A stretch of 64,000 nucleotides of DNA, from assembly GCF_009914755.1 (NCBI RefSeq), contig NC_060931.1; one strand, 5' to 3'. This document shows positions 1 to 15,819 of this stretch, piece after piece. Source of the DNA: the human T2T-CHM13v2.0 reference genome, Homo sapiens. The notes under the pieces are model-generated. The model was not told the DNA's origin and made no database searches. It saw only the letters and a program-made list of their open reading frames with translations. Both the position numbers and the translations under genes were made by a program. Numbering within the stretch: the first letter of the stretch is position 1; the number at the start of each line of letters is the position of its first letter.

Positions 1-1377
1 AATACATTTCTATTAAATGGATTATATTTATCAAGAAATAAGCATTGAACTGGTGCACAAAATATATATTTACTTGCTATATATATTCATCAGAAAGTGA
101 CTCTTGAAATTCATTTAATTGATTGTAAATCCCTTATTCTTTATTTAACATAGCTCATTTATACAAATAATGTCAATCCACAACACAGCTTTTCAGGGTC
201 AGGATACTGTTGCTATAAGGCATGCTTCAATACACTAACACATTAGGACTACTCCAAACAACAGGCATTCATCTCTAGGCAAGAGGCTTCAAGAGAAATT
301 ACTGTGAATTCTTAGAGTCTGAAAGAATGAGAATGCTTTTTAGAGAATCTGTCCCCTGGGGGTGAGGGGATCAGTGGGAGACAGCATTATTGGCTAGGAC
401 ACTAGGTAAAGAATGATCTGGGCTCACAAGTTGGCCTCATTCAAAAGCCATGTTTTCATTAGCACTTTTAAGTGCAATGATGGTTTGTATTTCTGTCCCT
501 GAAAGTGTTCAGAAGCCTGAGGGTACAGATTGAAAGAAAAACGTGATAGGTTCAGATAGAAGAAAATGAAAAGTTTGTACAAGACCAAAGAAAGCTTCCT
601 GCTGAGAGTATTTATTAACAGCTCTTCCCCTTAATAACTGAGTTGATGCTAAAGGTGTCTTTTTAAGAAAAGTTATTTCAGTGGAGACAAATCTAAGCAG
701 AAAAATAATATACTGAAGTTAAAGTATGATTCTAGTAGCAACATTATTCCATAAAGCTTGTATTCAGTCAAATGAGAGCTTTGATGGCACAAAATGGAAG
801 CCTCTCATAGAGTATCTGTGTTTATTTATAATTTACATAAAATGGCAAGATTAAAAACTAATTGCAGTATTCTTCAAAATAAATATTTTGCATTGTGGTT
901 GTTTGTTTTTTCCTCTTTACCTCATTTTCTCTCAGAACCTAAACTAGATTACAGGTCTAGAAAATATTTAATAGAGTAATAACGTAACAAAATTTCAACT
1001 GATTTGATGCATGTAATGATATATAATTTTACATATGTGATGTGCGTGATGATAAAAATGTAGAATATACATCTGATGATGCTTAAATTACTCTAGGGAT
1101 TACGTTAAGTTACTTTCATTTAGATTATTTAACATTATATAAAAACATTTTAAGCTCCAGGGATCAGGACAATGCAGTGATGTTACTGGGAATAGCAATC
1201 ACTGGCAAAAGAATAGACCTTCAATAAAAGAAATAAGCTGCCAAAGATGTGTAACTCACACCAGGGCAACAGTTCAGGCACTGTTGGAAAAATAAACTGT
1301 AATGTTTGAAAAATGTGAACTCTTTCCTTTTTCTTTCTTTTCTTCTTTTTCTTTTCTTTTCTTTTTCTTATTTTTTA

Positions 1378-1713
<336 letters not shown>

Positions 1714-2164
1714 CTATAAATTAAGATACTGAAACAATCCAGTCATCATAGTTTGATGATATTTCCACGTAAAAGCAATTAGCAGTAGAATTTTTAAAAA
1801 ATGAACTATAAGCCAGATGTGGGAAATGAGATGTGTATACAAATGAAGATGACACAATGTAGAAATATGTATCAGCATAAAGAGGTACTGAACAAGTTCT
1901 CCAGGAATTCCAGAGAGCAGGTGAGAACATGACTAGACTAAATTGCTTGTAGATCTTTTCAGATATGGAGATGCTATCATTTTATATTCTCTTTCTATAT
2001 AATGGAGTTTTCAACCACCATGTCTTTCATAAACGGCTTAGGAAATAGTAAAAATCTAGCACTGATTTTGACATACTGTGATGTATTAATACTTTGATGA
2101 ATTTTGTGTAATTGCCCTAGGGGTATAAAAATGGAAACAACCAGTAGTGTTTGGTTCAAGTTCA

Positions 2165-2340
2165 ATATGACAGTATAGGCTCTAGATAAACTTTCTGAAT
2201 TTATCTCTTTCACTGCCACTCACTGGAATGGTGACCTTTGACACATTATTTATCTTTTCAATGACTCAATTTACTCATATGTAATATAAGACTACCAACG
2301 TCATCTACCTAATAAGATAATTTATATTATTATCAAGTGG
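2165..2340 (+). mobile_element. MIR fragment
   Basis: Degenerate MIR core (gtgacctttgacacattattt...ctcaatttactcatatgtaa). Confidence 0.55.
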
Positions 2341-2471
2341 ATTTATATGTGTATATACATAGCATTTATATACATATAGCATATATAAGCATTAAATTCC
2401 TTTTTATATGTGTATATATGCTATATATATAGCATTTATATAACATTTTATATATATAGCATATATATAGC

Positions 2472-2705
2472 ATTAAATTTCTTTATACAACAAACATTTA
2501 GCTTTAACACCTCCAGTATTCCTCCAAAACAATTTTTTACAGTACAAAAGCCAGTATTTATGACAGAGTTCTATAAAATCAATGACTGAATAAACAGAAT
2601 AAGGCTATCCGTGGTATATATTAGTTGAAAGGTAAAATAAATAGCACTTGGAAAAATATCCATGCTTTTTCCTCCTCCCACCTCATTGATGTCATACTGA
2701 AATTT
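2472..2705. repeat. Left arm of ~240-bp inverted duplication, embedded in TA/TATAGCA low-complexity DNA (about 2341-2765)
   Basis: Reverse complement aligns by eye end to end with 5825-6068; ORFs 2571-2762(-) and 5849-6067(+) share GGGKSMDIFPS.IYFTFQLIY. Confidence 0.95.
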
Positions 2706-2725
2706 ATATAGCATACATATACAGC

Positions 2726-2757
<32 letters not shown>

Positions 2758-3482
2758 AGCATTTAGCATCAGGCAAAGGCTGGTTATATAATAAGTATTT
2801 AATAAGTGTGATTATTATTAAGATAGTTATGGGGCTGATAAGCATTATCATTACGATGACAATATACAGGGGTTAATAGAAAATTGAGTACATCCATGTA
2901 CTTGTAAAAATAATATGTCATTATTAAAAATTTAGTAGATCTGTAGGTACTGACCTGGAAAGATGGCCATAATATATGTACAGTGTAAAAATGTTTGCAA
3001 TATGATGAACCTCTTTTCACTGTATCACTGAAAAATTTATTTGGGTTTCTAAAACCTTGTTTAAGAGGTATTCGGCATTTTAAGTCTTGGTTTTAAATAA
3101 TTGTGAATTAACCAGGTAACAGATGCGTAATAGGATGATACCAGTTCAGAAATAATTGGATTAAAGCAAAGAAGACAGAGAGTATGGTTATTGAGAAATG
3201 AAGGAAAGACTTCAATTAGAAAATATGTGGCACCTGGAAAGAAGAACAGAGCACTGACTTTTTAAGAAGCAGAAGCAAGAGAAAAGAGAAGCCAAAAAGT
3301 TTTAACAGAAAAATAAATTGGCGGGAGGTGAAAAAGATCAATATTGCCTTTTCTAGAGTTTTGCCTAGAGCTCTGATTGCTGTGCGCCCCAGGTGTTATG
3401 AAAATCACTCTCCTGCAAATGTACAGCAATTGGCCAATATCCCAATAAAGCTTCACAGTAGCCTTCTTTAATAGACAAGTTA

Positions 3483-3791
<309 letters not shown>

Positions 3792-4312
3792 AAGTTAACG
3801 TTGGATTCCGAGTGATGGGTATTCAGTCAATATCGTCTCAGCCTCTCTGGGTTGGCCCTGTGTCTCCCATCCAATCTCTTCTTTGCTTTAATGCAAAGCT
3901 TTGAAAGGAAAAGAAAGGAGGGAAATACATTCATGAACTTTCTTCTCCTTATTCTATATTATTTTCCTGTTTTGTTTTGTTTGTTTTGTCGGTAATTTAG
4001 AGCTTCAATGGACTTTTATATTCTTGATAATCTCACTTTGGTATGGTTTTTCAAAAATATATAAAAATAAAATTTTAGAAAACCACATAAAGTATTTAAT
4101 TTTTTTCTAATTAATCTCAAATTGGCAAGGCCCATTAAAAATTCCATTCAATGTCTTCCCCAACCCCTGCCCCGGCCCTCTTTCAAATTGTTAGTAAATC
4201 ACGAATACTTGGTTTTGATCACTGAGCAAAGTAAAAATCTCTTTTTTTTTAATCGCAAACCAACACTTCAGATTTTTTATTTAAACATGTTTTCTTTTAA
4301 AAAGCACCTCTT

Positions 4313-4622
<310 letters not shown>

Positions 4623-5824
4623 TCAAATTGTTCTATAAATGTGAGATTCGGGTTTCTGAAATTCAAGAAAACAGAGAAATAATGTATTTCATTACTATTA
4701 TATTCAAGGAATTTAGTGCAAAAAAAAAAGAAAACTATTTGAATTAAATAATAAAAGAATGAATAAGAACTGACACTCTATATCAAACCAAGTATGATCT
4801 GGATTAAGGAAATATTGACAAATGGTCAAGACATGGCTAAAGAGAATGCATAGCCATGATTTTTCCACTGACTTGATATTACAACAATGAACAGAGAAAA
4901 ACAACCAACAGTGGGCTCCCACAAACACAGACCAGGGATGAATAATAATCTTTAGAACTTTTTGAATTTACAGATGCTTAAATCCAGTGCTGCCAAACTG
5001 GATGGAATTCTCTAGCTGAACTGCCATGTGTATTTTAAACATATACAAATACAAAAATAAATAAAACCCTATCTATATACGGGATGGGAAAAAGATACAT
5101 TTAGACTCATTAACTCAAGGTCAATAATATAGTTCTATGTATGTATATATGGGGGCGTGGGGAATTAATAATAAATTCTTAAGTAATTTGAATGGGAAAA
5201 ATGTATAAAACTGAAACTATGCAGAAATTATAGGAAATGATTGGATTTCCTTATCTTCACAAATATGTGGGATTACATCGGTATTAACATGAGTAGAATT
5301 TATTGTAGCACTTGCATATAATTAATGTAGAACTTACACATGCAGCATGATGTCCCTTGAAATTTCAGTGTCCTGTCAAACCTACAAAATGATTGAATTG
5401 AATTTATAATTTAAAAAATAACATAGTGGTACAAAGTGTAGAGAATCTTCTCTCTAGAGAGAAAATGAGAACTCAGTGATTCGAAACCGAAAAGCAGAAC
5501 AGTTAAAAGGAATACCAATATGAAGGAGAGAGTTGCTTATAAAGCTTTCCTCAATCACTCAAATGGGAGAAGGGGTTCCATGAGCTGATTGTTGTTCACT
5601 TGTTTACAGAGTTTAATTAAAAGAAAAAAGAGCAGAATAATAAAATAGAACATAATGATAAAAGAAGTGTAAAAGGGGTATAAATAAATATGGCAATTCA
5701 TTGTCATAATGCAGAAATGCATAGGAAAACCCACTTCAGATATGAAAAACATCATCCAAGTGTTGACAGGTATGGCTATTTGAAATGGCCAATAGGTAGG
5801 CTATGATACTAGTCTACATTTCAG

Positions 5825-6068
5825 AAATTTCAGTATGACATCAATGAGGTGGGAGGAGGAAAGAGCATGGATATTTTTCCAAGTGATATTTATTTTACCT
5901 TTCAACTGATATATGCCATAGACAGTCTTATTCTGTTTATTCAGTCATTATTGATTTTATTGAACTCTCTCTTAAATATTGGCTCTCTTGCAAGTACTGT
6001 AAAAAATGTTTTGCAAGGGAATACTGGAGGTGTTAAAGCTAAATGTTTGTTGTATAAAGAAATTTAAT
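5825..6068. repeat. Right arm of ~240-bp inverted duplication
   Basis: Manual alignment with reverse complement of 2472-2705; 38-nt and 51-nt identical terminal blocks. Confidence 0.95.
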
Positions 6069-8149
6069 TATGAGAAAAAGAGTTAGTGTCAAGTAGTGCT
6101 TTATTCTGTGATTTAAATAGTAAGCATACTTGAGAGTTAAAAATAAATACAAGTTGCAAGCACAGAGTTTATTTCTTGCAGATTCTGTTGAGGTCCGGTC
6201 TTAGAACTCTGATGTTAGTATTTTATGACAGAAACTCTTCCCTGATTTACTGCCAAATTTGGGTAAAAATAGGTATCATTTAATCAGTGCATACTTGATC
6301 AATTAAACAACTTAAAATTATACCATTAGGCACCTGGGCTTTATTATAGCACATTTTCTCCATTTGGCACTTGAGTACATGCCCCAGTAGGAATGCAGCT
6401 TGAAATCATGCATTTTCAGATGAACTTCTAGCATGACACCAAGAGGCACTGCCAAAAGAACATGGCATAAACTCATGTGGCCTGCAGCACACACTACTTC
6501 CCTTTCTCCCTATGAAACTCTTTTCACCCAGATGAGCACACTAGCATTATTTAATAGATAGTAAGTTCCTAACTTCCTTTTATTACTTCTTATAGTCTCA
6601 TTTTCCTATTATCATTTTTTGATGTTCTCCTTTCATGTGGAAGGAGAGTTTACAGACAACAGATCATCCCAAGAGAAACTTCAAATGAAAACTGTCTCCA
6701 TATGTTAGAAAAGAAAATTTAAAACAAAAGTTCTCATCTATTCCAAGAAAGAAAACAAAAACATCTGCATGCATCTGAGGCGTTATTGTTCGCTTTCATC
6801 TTCCAAGTGGTCACACTTCTTAGTTTTATCCTAAAATTGTAACAAAAGCTCAACTGCATTTGAGTAAACACCCTAGTTTGCATCTATATTCCTATTTCCT
6901 ATATGTTTTAAGATTAAGTTGATAAATCAAAGTGTGGAACCATCAAAGACTTCATTTAGAAATGCCCATAAAAATACTGTAAAAAAAACACTTTTTACAA
7001 CTTCAAATGAAAACTGCCTCAAAGATGAAAAAATTTCATCTTTGCCATTTTGTATCCTCCTCGTAAGGTATTTGCTAGATGGATTAGTATCTTAAGGAAG
7101 GAATCAGGATTCCTACTTTTTAAGTCTAAACTGGATTAAACAGTCCTAGAAAAATTCTGAGAAGGATCCTTGCACTGTTAAGTGGTTAGCTGATCTCACT
7201 CTGGTTAATGCCAAGTGGGGCACAGAACATAATATGCCATGCACACCTGTATCAAGAATTTTAAACCCCCTAAGTGCTTCGGTGATAAAAATGGATTTAT
7301 AAAAGATTCATGTAGCATCATATGAAAAATGATAACTCTTTAGAATCTGCATCTTAACAGTTAAATACTCACTTGTCGCAGTTCATCTGTATTCTCTCCC
7401 CTCCCACTCCTGACTCCAGACAGATGACTCCATTGACTTTGGACCATAGGCTGACTGTATCTGGAAAATCGCCCATTTCTCATAAAGGACAGAAATGTTC
7501 TCTGAGCAAGCCAATATTTTGTCTTAGTCCATCAGATCCCTCTTCATTATAAGAATATCATCATTTCTACAATTTCTCCCCTTACTCTGCCCTAGTTTCT
7601 GTGGACTGGGGAACTCCTGAATGACTGAATCTCCTGAAGCATTGTGCTCTTCTAGCTCTGGCCTGCCTTTCCCTCAGCAAATATCTGAATGGCTGCTTGC
7701 ACTTTCCCTGCTTTCCCTGGCTCCAGCCAGACTGCCTAGGTCTCCCTCATTGCTTGCGGAACTCCATCTTCTCTATCTGTCCCTGCTTCCTGCTACCAGA
7801 CCCACATCCTTGATTTGCTGTTGCCCTACATGGCATGTCCATATGTCCCAGTTTGTAGTGAGGCTGCAAAGAGCAGGGGATATGCCATCAAAAGAGCAGA
7901 TTTTGAGCCGATGAACTGTATTATACAATGGAAATGATACAATATCAGGGGCGAGATACACATATTCGAGCTTCAATCTCACCTCCGCTAGCTGTTTAAC
8001 TATGAACTATTATCTGACATCAAATATATCATCAAATGTAAAATGTAAATAGTAATTCTCTCAGGTTTATAACAGTCAATAAAATAGCACTTTAAAAGTG
8101 CCAAAGATAGGACTAGCATGGATATTATATAAAATAATTTTGAATGGGA

Positions 8150-8420
8150 AGAGATGAGAGATGGGGAGATCAGTTAGTAAACAATAAAATGGTGGCAATA
8201 AACCAGAGATGAGGTAATGAAGACCTATAGGAAAATGGTAACCATAGAAAGAACAAGGTCAACAGATATTTTCAAGGAAGTAAAAGCTCTTAGAAATAGA
8301 TTAGATAAAGGAGAGGAAGAAGAGGAAGGAATCAAAGATAACTCCAAGGTAACTGGGTGGATGAAGTTAGGAAAGTTAAAATAGATAAAAATCAGAAAAT
8401 GGATATTGAAGGACAGGTTT
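8150..8420 (-). mobile_element. L2 fragment
   Basis: Purine-rich antisense L2 signature (ggaatcaaagataactccaagg). Confidence 0.55.
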
Positions 8421-9089
8421 GAAAGAAGAAACAAGATCTATAACATTCACAAGATTTTAGACTTTAAATCCAATTAAAACAAAGGGTCATTAAACCACTT
8501 GTAACAACCTTAAAGCAATTTAACAGCACAATCAAAACTAAGGCTTACATATCTTGATTTTTATATAAAACAATAATCTTTTTTCTTTTAATCTAGAATA
8601 AAAATGGAAGTCATCCAAATAAATTATTTTTGAGGCCACTTAGTTACAGGAAAAGGTTGGAAATACAATTTTAGGAAACACTGGAACACAGGAAACAGTT
8701 GAAACTATTCGGATGGATGAGCTCACAGAATTATGAAGTGTAGAGGGAGAGAATGAAAAGGCAGTCAATAATACAAAATGCTAAAGAGATAGTAGAGAAT
8801 CACACAGCATTCAGGTTTTAGCCTCACTTCTACCTCCCACTGCTACCTTCATGGTACCACATGATACCTAATAATGATCATGATGATATTGATGCTAATT
8901 CAGCTCTTAAAATTGTCTTCTAATAGACTTCCCGATATGATTTAATTTTATCCTTATAACGCCCTGTGAATAGATTCTATTGTTAATAGATTCCATATTT
9001 ACAGACAAAGAATTTGAATGGACATTAAAGTTTGACCAAAGTCACCATTCAGGAATTAAGCACAAATAAATAAGTTCCACAGAATCAAT

Positions 9090-9176
9090 TTTAGTCTAAA
9101 CAGGGACACTTTTAAGAGTAAAAGAACAGGAGCAAACTGAAAATGTCCTGGGCAAAGTAGGTCATATTATCACCCT
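9090..9176 (+). mobile_element. MER94-like hAT-Blackjack fragment
   Basis: gtctaaacagggacacttttaagagtaaaag...gtcctgggcaaa...tcaccct resembles recalled MER94 consensus. Confidence 0.6.
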
Positions 9177-10859
9177 GGCTTTTAACTGCTAAGCAGTCTG
9201 CCTTGAATCTCCTAGAACCATAAAAGTCAGTTTTTCTGCATCATAATTATTTGCTTGAAGTCAGTCAATTGAGACTTCCTCTACCATTTGTCTTTTCTCC
9301 TACCTTCAATTTATTTTATTCTACTGGCTTCTTTAATTGCAAAGTTTTCCCAGCATACAAATCTCTTGAGCTCTGTCTCATGTCCTTGGATTCTTCTATT
9401 TACAAAACAGTATATTCTCTCTCAAATATTCTTTGCAGTATATTCTCATATACTTCCACTACTTTTGTTGCTGTCCCTTTCTCATTTCCCTATTTTCATG
9501 CAGTGGCCTCTTGTCTCTCTGTCCTCGTCCTTCTTTAGTCTTCCATTCATGCTATTAAAAAACATGCTATTGTTTTTGTAAGTTACCTTTAGAAAAACAA
9601 AATTCTGACTCCTTGATTAAAAAGTAAGCCATCATGGTTTCAAGATAATATTTACAGCTTTGTAGCCTTGTCTCCTACTCCCGCTTTATGCTTCAGGCTG
9701 AGCAAGGCGTTCATCATCCCTGAGGTCGGTGACCCTCCCCTATCTATCTATGCAGGCCACAAGGGTAGAATAGCACCCAGTAGGCAATAGGGTCTCAGAA
9801 GTTGTTTATTAAGGAAATTGTTAAACCAATTCAAAGGCTTCCTAATCTCTAATCTTCTTCATACAGTACTAAAAATAGCATATCTAGGCAAATAATAATT
9901 GAATGCATATTTCCTACATTTATTGTATTGACAATGCTGCTGACTTATTAATGAATATGTTACAGTAATGGAAAAAATACTACTGTCTTTTAGAAGAGGA
10001 GAAACATGATATTTGCCATCCCAAGACAGAGATACAATCTTATACTTCATTTTAAGCCATAAAAATATCTTTTTACTCAAATAGGTATCTAAGCTATTCT
10101 ATAGGTGACATTTAAGAAGTTACTCTCAAACCAAATAATTCCACAAAAATCTGACAATGCACAAAAAGATAGCTTTGCTTTGCATGTGTGTTAAGAAATT
10201 AATGGGTAATCACGTAGTCATGGATATTCTATATTTGTTTTCCCTTTTAAGACTACCTATTAAGGGTACTTTTTTTGGCTGATGAGAATCACATTGTTGT
10301 ATAAACAAATAGATCTGGAGTTTTTGACTAAAGAAATGTTTTCAAAGTGTTTTTCCTTTTGTTTATGTTGTCACTGCTTAAAAGGCACTGAGAGATAGAG
10401 AGATAGACCCTAGGAAATCTCTACCCTCGCCTCCTTCACTAAGGCCCAATATTTATTATGGGAATGAAAAATGCCTGCCTGCTTAAATTACAGTGTTATG
10501 TCATTCTGCCATGCAATGGAATAAAATCACATGTTAGAGAATCATGATAAAATTTGATCTGTTGTAAGGCGGTGGTGGGGAGTGGGGTGGAGTTAGGTGC
10601 CTTGTAGTGTTCCTTGGATTAATTAAATAAACTCATTTATAATATTCTTATGTTTTTTAAAAAATTTGAAACTCAAAATATTGTATGATTCTTAAAATAG
10701 TAATCAGACAAAATTATGTCAATATTAATATGCTTAAAATTTTGAAGAGAAATGTCTTAACCCAAGTGTATATTATTTTTAAGCAACAGAAGTTACCATT
10801 ACAATCTAACCCGAGTTCATTGGGCTAACAGACAGTACATGCCTTGGTCTTTACACAGA

Positions 10860-11092
10860 CTGCAAGAGTAAGATTGCCTGCTTGAATTCTCACTCTGCAT
10901 CTGACAAGTTATAAGACCTTGACCAAATTATTTCTCTGTACTTCAGTATTTTTATAGCATAATAGTTTATGCGTATTAAAGAATAAAATAATGATATATC
11001 CCAGATGTCATTGTGAATATTTAAAATATTAATTAGAGCACAGAAGAGTGTTGAGGAATAGCAGACACTCAATAAATATTATGTATTACTAT
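10860..11092 (+). mobile_element. MIR
   Basis: MIR core and 3' end (cactcaataaatattatgtattactat). Confidence 0.6.
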
Positions 11093-11258
11093 ATAAACAA
11101 AAGGTTTTGGAGATTTTCTTAGTGGGGAATTATTTCAAATGTATTTTATAATGTTGAGCTAAATTAATTATTCCAAAACACATTTGAATGAATAATAATA
11201 CACTTCTTATCTATCTTAAACCAAAGCAAGACAATCAAAAGTAAACAAAAAAAAATCA

Positions 11259-11447
<189 letters not shown>

Positions 11448-12044
11448 TTAACATGTACAAATTTCACAGCATGACACCAAAGATGTTTGTTTCTTAATAT
11501 CAGAATGTATTGTTTCATAAATTTCACAGATTTTGAAAATTTATCTCAGTTGAAGAAAAGATAACTCAATTTACTTTGGTAAGCTGATGCTGAATACTTG
11601 AATATAAACAGGCCAAATTCTCTGAATTAATAATTGCACATGCATTAGCTTCCCTTTTGAATAAATAATAAGTGTTTCCTCTTTCTCTTCTCCCCACAAA
11701 TAATTCAAATAAATGTCATAATTAAGAGTTCCTCTTTAGAATAAGACACAAAAAATATGAAAAGCTAAATGCCATAATGAGGAATGGATTGTGTGATTAG
11801 TATTTACTTAACTGACACAACCTCAATGACCACAAATTTTCTTTGCCTAACCTCTGGTGAAAGGGAGCTTTCAGCACTGAAGTCATTCTTTGTAATTATA
11901 ACATGTTGCATTCCTTGTAGCTAATCATGTCTCTAATAGTTCTGATAAACAGGAATTCTTGAAAGGGGAAAGATGTTGCCATTACTGCATACCAAACTTC
12001 TTTGTTCTGCTATTTGTGTAAAGTACATGTTCTGTTTCACCAGA

Positions 12045-12310
12045 GACAGAAAGGAGCAAAAGAGAGAAGGGGAATGTCAAGGAGAAAAAGAGAGAGAAAG
12101 GAGAGAAGAACAAAGAAGACAGGAGAAGGAAAGGGAGGAGGAGAGAAGGGATGGTGAGAAGGAGGAAGAAGGGAAGTAAGAGGAAGAGGGGGAAAAGAGG
12201 AGGCAGGAGAAGGGGAGGACAAAGAGAAAAGAGAAAAGGCAGATTAGAGAGAGGAAGAGGATGGAAAGAAGGGGAGTGAGAAAAACATAAGGGAAGGAGA
12301 AGAAGGCAGC
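12045..12310. repeat. GA-rich low-complexity polypurine tract
   Basis: About 265 nt almost entirely A/G on + strand. Confidence 0.9.
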
Positions 12311-12732
12311 AGGGATCCATGTTCCCTAATGTTAGTCAGGGTGTTGGGAAGGGGTGGGGCGGAGGGGCAGGAAGAAGGCTGTTCCTGCAGGAGAATATGT
12401 TGTCTCTTTGAGAGCTAAACCTCTACTATTTCAAGAAACTTCTTAGTCAACCACTTTGCTTTACATTTAATAGAACAATGTAAAAAATGGCAAATCCCTA
12501 CAGAGCATTTAGACTTTATAAATGCCTAAATATGAGAACAAATACATTGTTTTATCACTGAAATTTATTTTTGCTCAGAAACATATCTTTAAAATTCTGC
12601 CTTGTATAAGAAGGGATTAAGATACTTTCTGTAGTCCCTGTTTATATCCATCTAAATAAGCTTTCAATGAACGATCAGGGATAATTCAACCTTAAGAATG
12701 AGAATAGCTAACTTCTAAAGGAAATGTGCGCT

Positions 12733-12736
12733 CACA

Positions 12737-12790
<54 letters not shown>
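12733..12790. repeat. Compound (CA)n(GA)n microsatellite
   Basis: Read directly. Confidence 0.95.
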
Positions 12791-12792
<2 letters not shown>

Positions 12793-13978
12793 TCCAGCTA
12801 TGTAAAGTAGACATAGATAAGGTACTGCTTCCATCCTCTTAGAGTATTTCCCTACAATGTATCAGATAAATGGCAATATTTCATTGTGGGCATATTTTTT
12901 AAAAAGAATAAAATAATAACAACAAAGACATTATTAAAAAGTTTGGTAAAAGAAGTGAACTGTCACTTTGAAACCTATAAAATTGCAAGTATTTGAATGT
13001 TTTGTTAGGAAAAAATATATTTCAACACAAAAATTAGATCTGAATATCCAGGCTTTCGAACTTCTTCCTTGTCCCTAAAATTACTTGGAGATTCATCAGG
13101 AGAGTAACAACTGCCGCCAATCTATTGTTTTGTTTTGTTTTTTTATTAAGGGTATGCCAACTCCATTTCACAGAGCAGAATCACAAACCATCTATCTCAT
13201 TTTCTGAGAATAATGACTGATCATTAGTCACATAATTTTCAAAAAACACAAATACACACATGCTGTCACTTCAAAGCAAAATCACTAGTTCTCACTAAGT
13301 GAAAATTAAAATGTCATGGTGCTTCACTCTTATCGTCTATTCAAACATTTGACAGACAAGTTAAATAGAAAGAGACTGAAGTCATGACCAAACCAAGACA
13401 AAAGGAGTCCTTATAATGGTTGAAATTCAGAAGTCTTGCTGACATTCCTTGGAACAGACTTCAGACCACACAGTATTGCTTCTTTGAACAAGATAGTTGT
13501 CTCATAAGAGAATTTAAGATGTATACAAAGTGAGAGAAGACTAGCTATGCTAGCATAAATTTCATGTTTCCACTGATATAATCAGGTTATAGTGAAATTG
13601 CAAAGGAAGATGTTATAACATTCTATTATCTGTATTCTATAGCTTGATTAATTTGGTTTAATTTACCCACATATGGAATTGCCAAATTTAATTTCTATAA
13701 TAAGTCAGATAGGGAGATATTACAACATAAGAAAATCCCCAGACATCTAAATATAAAATTATAAAACAAGTAATTATCTGTTCTTTGACATTATAAATAT
13801 TCAATCAGAAGTTAATTTAAAAAGTAACTGTGCAGACACCATGGATTGCTGTGGCCTTCCTTTAGTGAGAAGGATGCTCAGTACAGACAAATTTGGCACT
13901 AAAATAATGGAAACAAATCGCTTGTGGAAGATTAGTAAAAAATTACCTTTAACTCAATAGGAAAATGCGGTTCAGTCA

Positions 13979-14131
<153 letters not shown>

Positions 14132-15819
14132 TTATGAGAAATATTAACACTAGTGAACTTTTTAAAAATATTACAAACAGTAAGAATGTGGGAGATACAA
14201 ACTAAATTCCAACTCATGAATTTGATAAAACTAATTGAGCATATAGCATGTGCATAATGCTGAACTCCTTAACTTTTTAGCAAATATATCTGGCAAGACT
14301 TAATAACCATGTTTTGGTCTCCCTTGGCCCAAAGTGGCAATATAATACTGAGTGAATTTTTCAAATGGAAGTAGTAATGTACTCATCAATACATTTAGTC
14401 TCCACAATTATCAATATCGAAATCACCACTAAGAACACATATTTCTTGAGCTTTCATGACTAACTTATTGAGCCTAATAAAACCAACTTCATCTTTTAAG
14501 AAATAGATTTGCTATAATAATCATACTTTCAGGATAATGATTACAATTTATATAACTAAGCATCTTCAACTATGTCAAATGACTTAAACCCTGTAATAGT
14601 TTTTAAAATTATAGTAACATAAAAGTGTTCTAAGGCGGGCAGTTCATTTTCAAGTTGTTGATACATCTGGGTAACAAAAAAATCCTGTTGTAGTATTTCA
14701 CTATGACGAAAACACTGTACACATTAAACCACATAGTTATTTTGGCTGAAACATCTATTTTTATAATAGTGACCACAGACAGAATGACATTGGCAGACTT
14801 TTAGTATTTGGGAAAATAAATAACATCTTAAGTTGAACTTTCCAAGAAAAAATATGAATGTATAATGAATATGGCCCCATGAGATTGAGTGTTTCATAAC
14901 AATGACAACACTACCATCCAGCAGAAAGGATGATGACTCACTCTGTGTATGCACTAGTTAGAGAAATCCTGCACTTCAGACATTCTGTCTAGGTGATGTA
15001 TCTATGAAGTTATATCAGAACACACATGTAATAAAAAAGGACCATTCAGTGCAACTTATGTAGAACACAAGCAATAAAGCAAAAGGGACAGAGAAAATTA
15101 TGTGTTATGTTGCACTTCAGATCTTTGTTTTTCTTTTGAACAAGACCAATAGTAACTATTGCCTCATTTAAAAAAATACTAAACACTAATAGCAATTTAA
15201 ATAGCCTGGTTAAAAATTTATGGTTCATAATTTTAAGTAAACACACTTTAATACAAATAATAATGGTACCTTTATAATCTACTGGAAATAGGAGATAACA
15301 AGAAAGCAAGTTTCCTTGAGCCAGTCAAGGACTCATACAAGAAAATAATATAAAAAATAATGGATGATTCCATGTGCTTCCTGAAATAAACTGACTGAAT
15401 TAATGGTGCTCTGTATTTTGAGACTTCAACTTTATAAGATTGCTTCTATGAAGTTCCTTATTCTTGATTAATTATGCAAAAAGCACCTGTCTGAGCTACA
15501 CAGATGGAAATATGGGCAGAGAAGTAAAGATGATACAAGTAGGTAGGAATGCTAGTAAGAAAACATTTATTTATCACAACTCAGCAACATTATTGTTAAT
15601 ATCACGCCTATTTAAAGATACGATCTGCAGCAGCACAGGGGAGGTCCCAGAGGAAATGATACCAAGCCAAGCATTAAACAGCTTTCAAGTTTTCCCAGCA
15701 CTGTGGGATACAAATATTATTTTATAGAAATATGTAAAATATACATATTGTGTACATCCATGCCTCTTTACCTTTCTGTGTTTCTGTTATCTAGAAATGG
15801 ATGAATGTTAAGTGACTAG

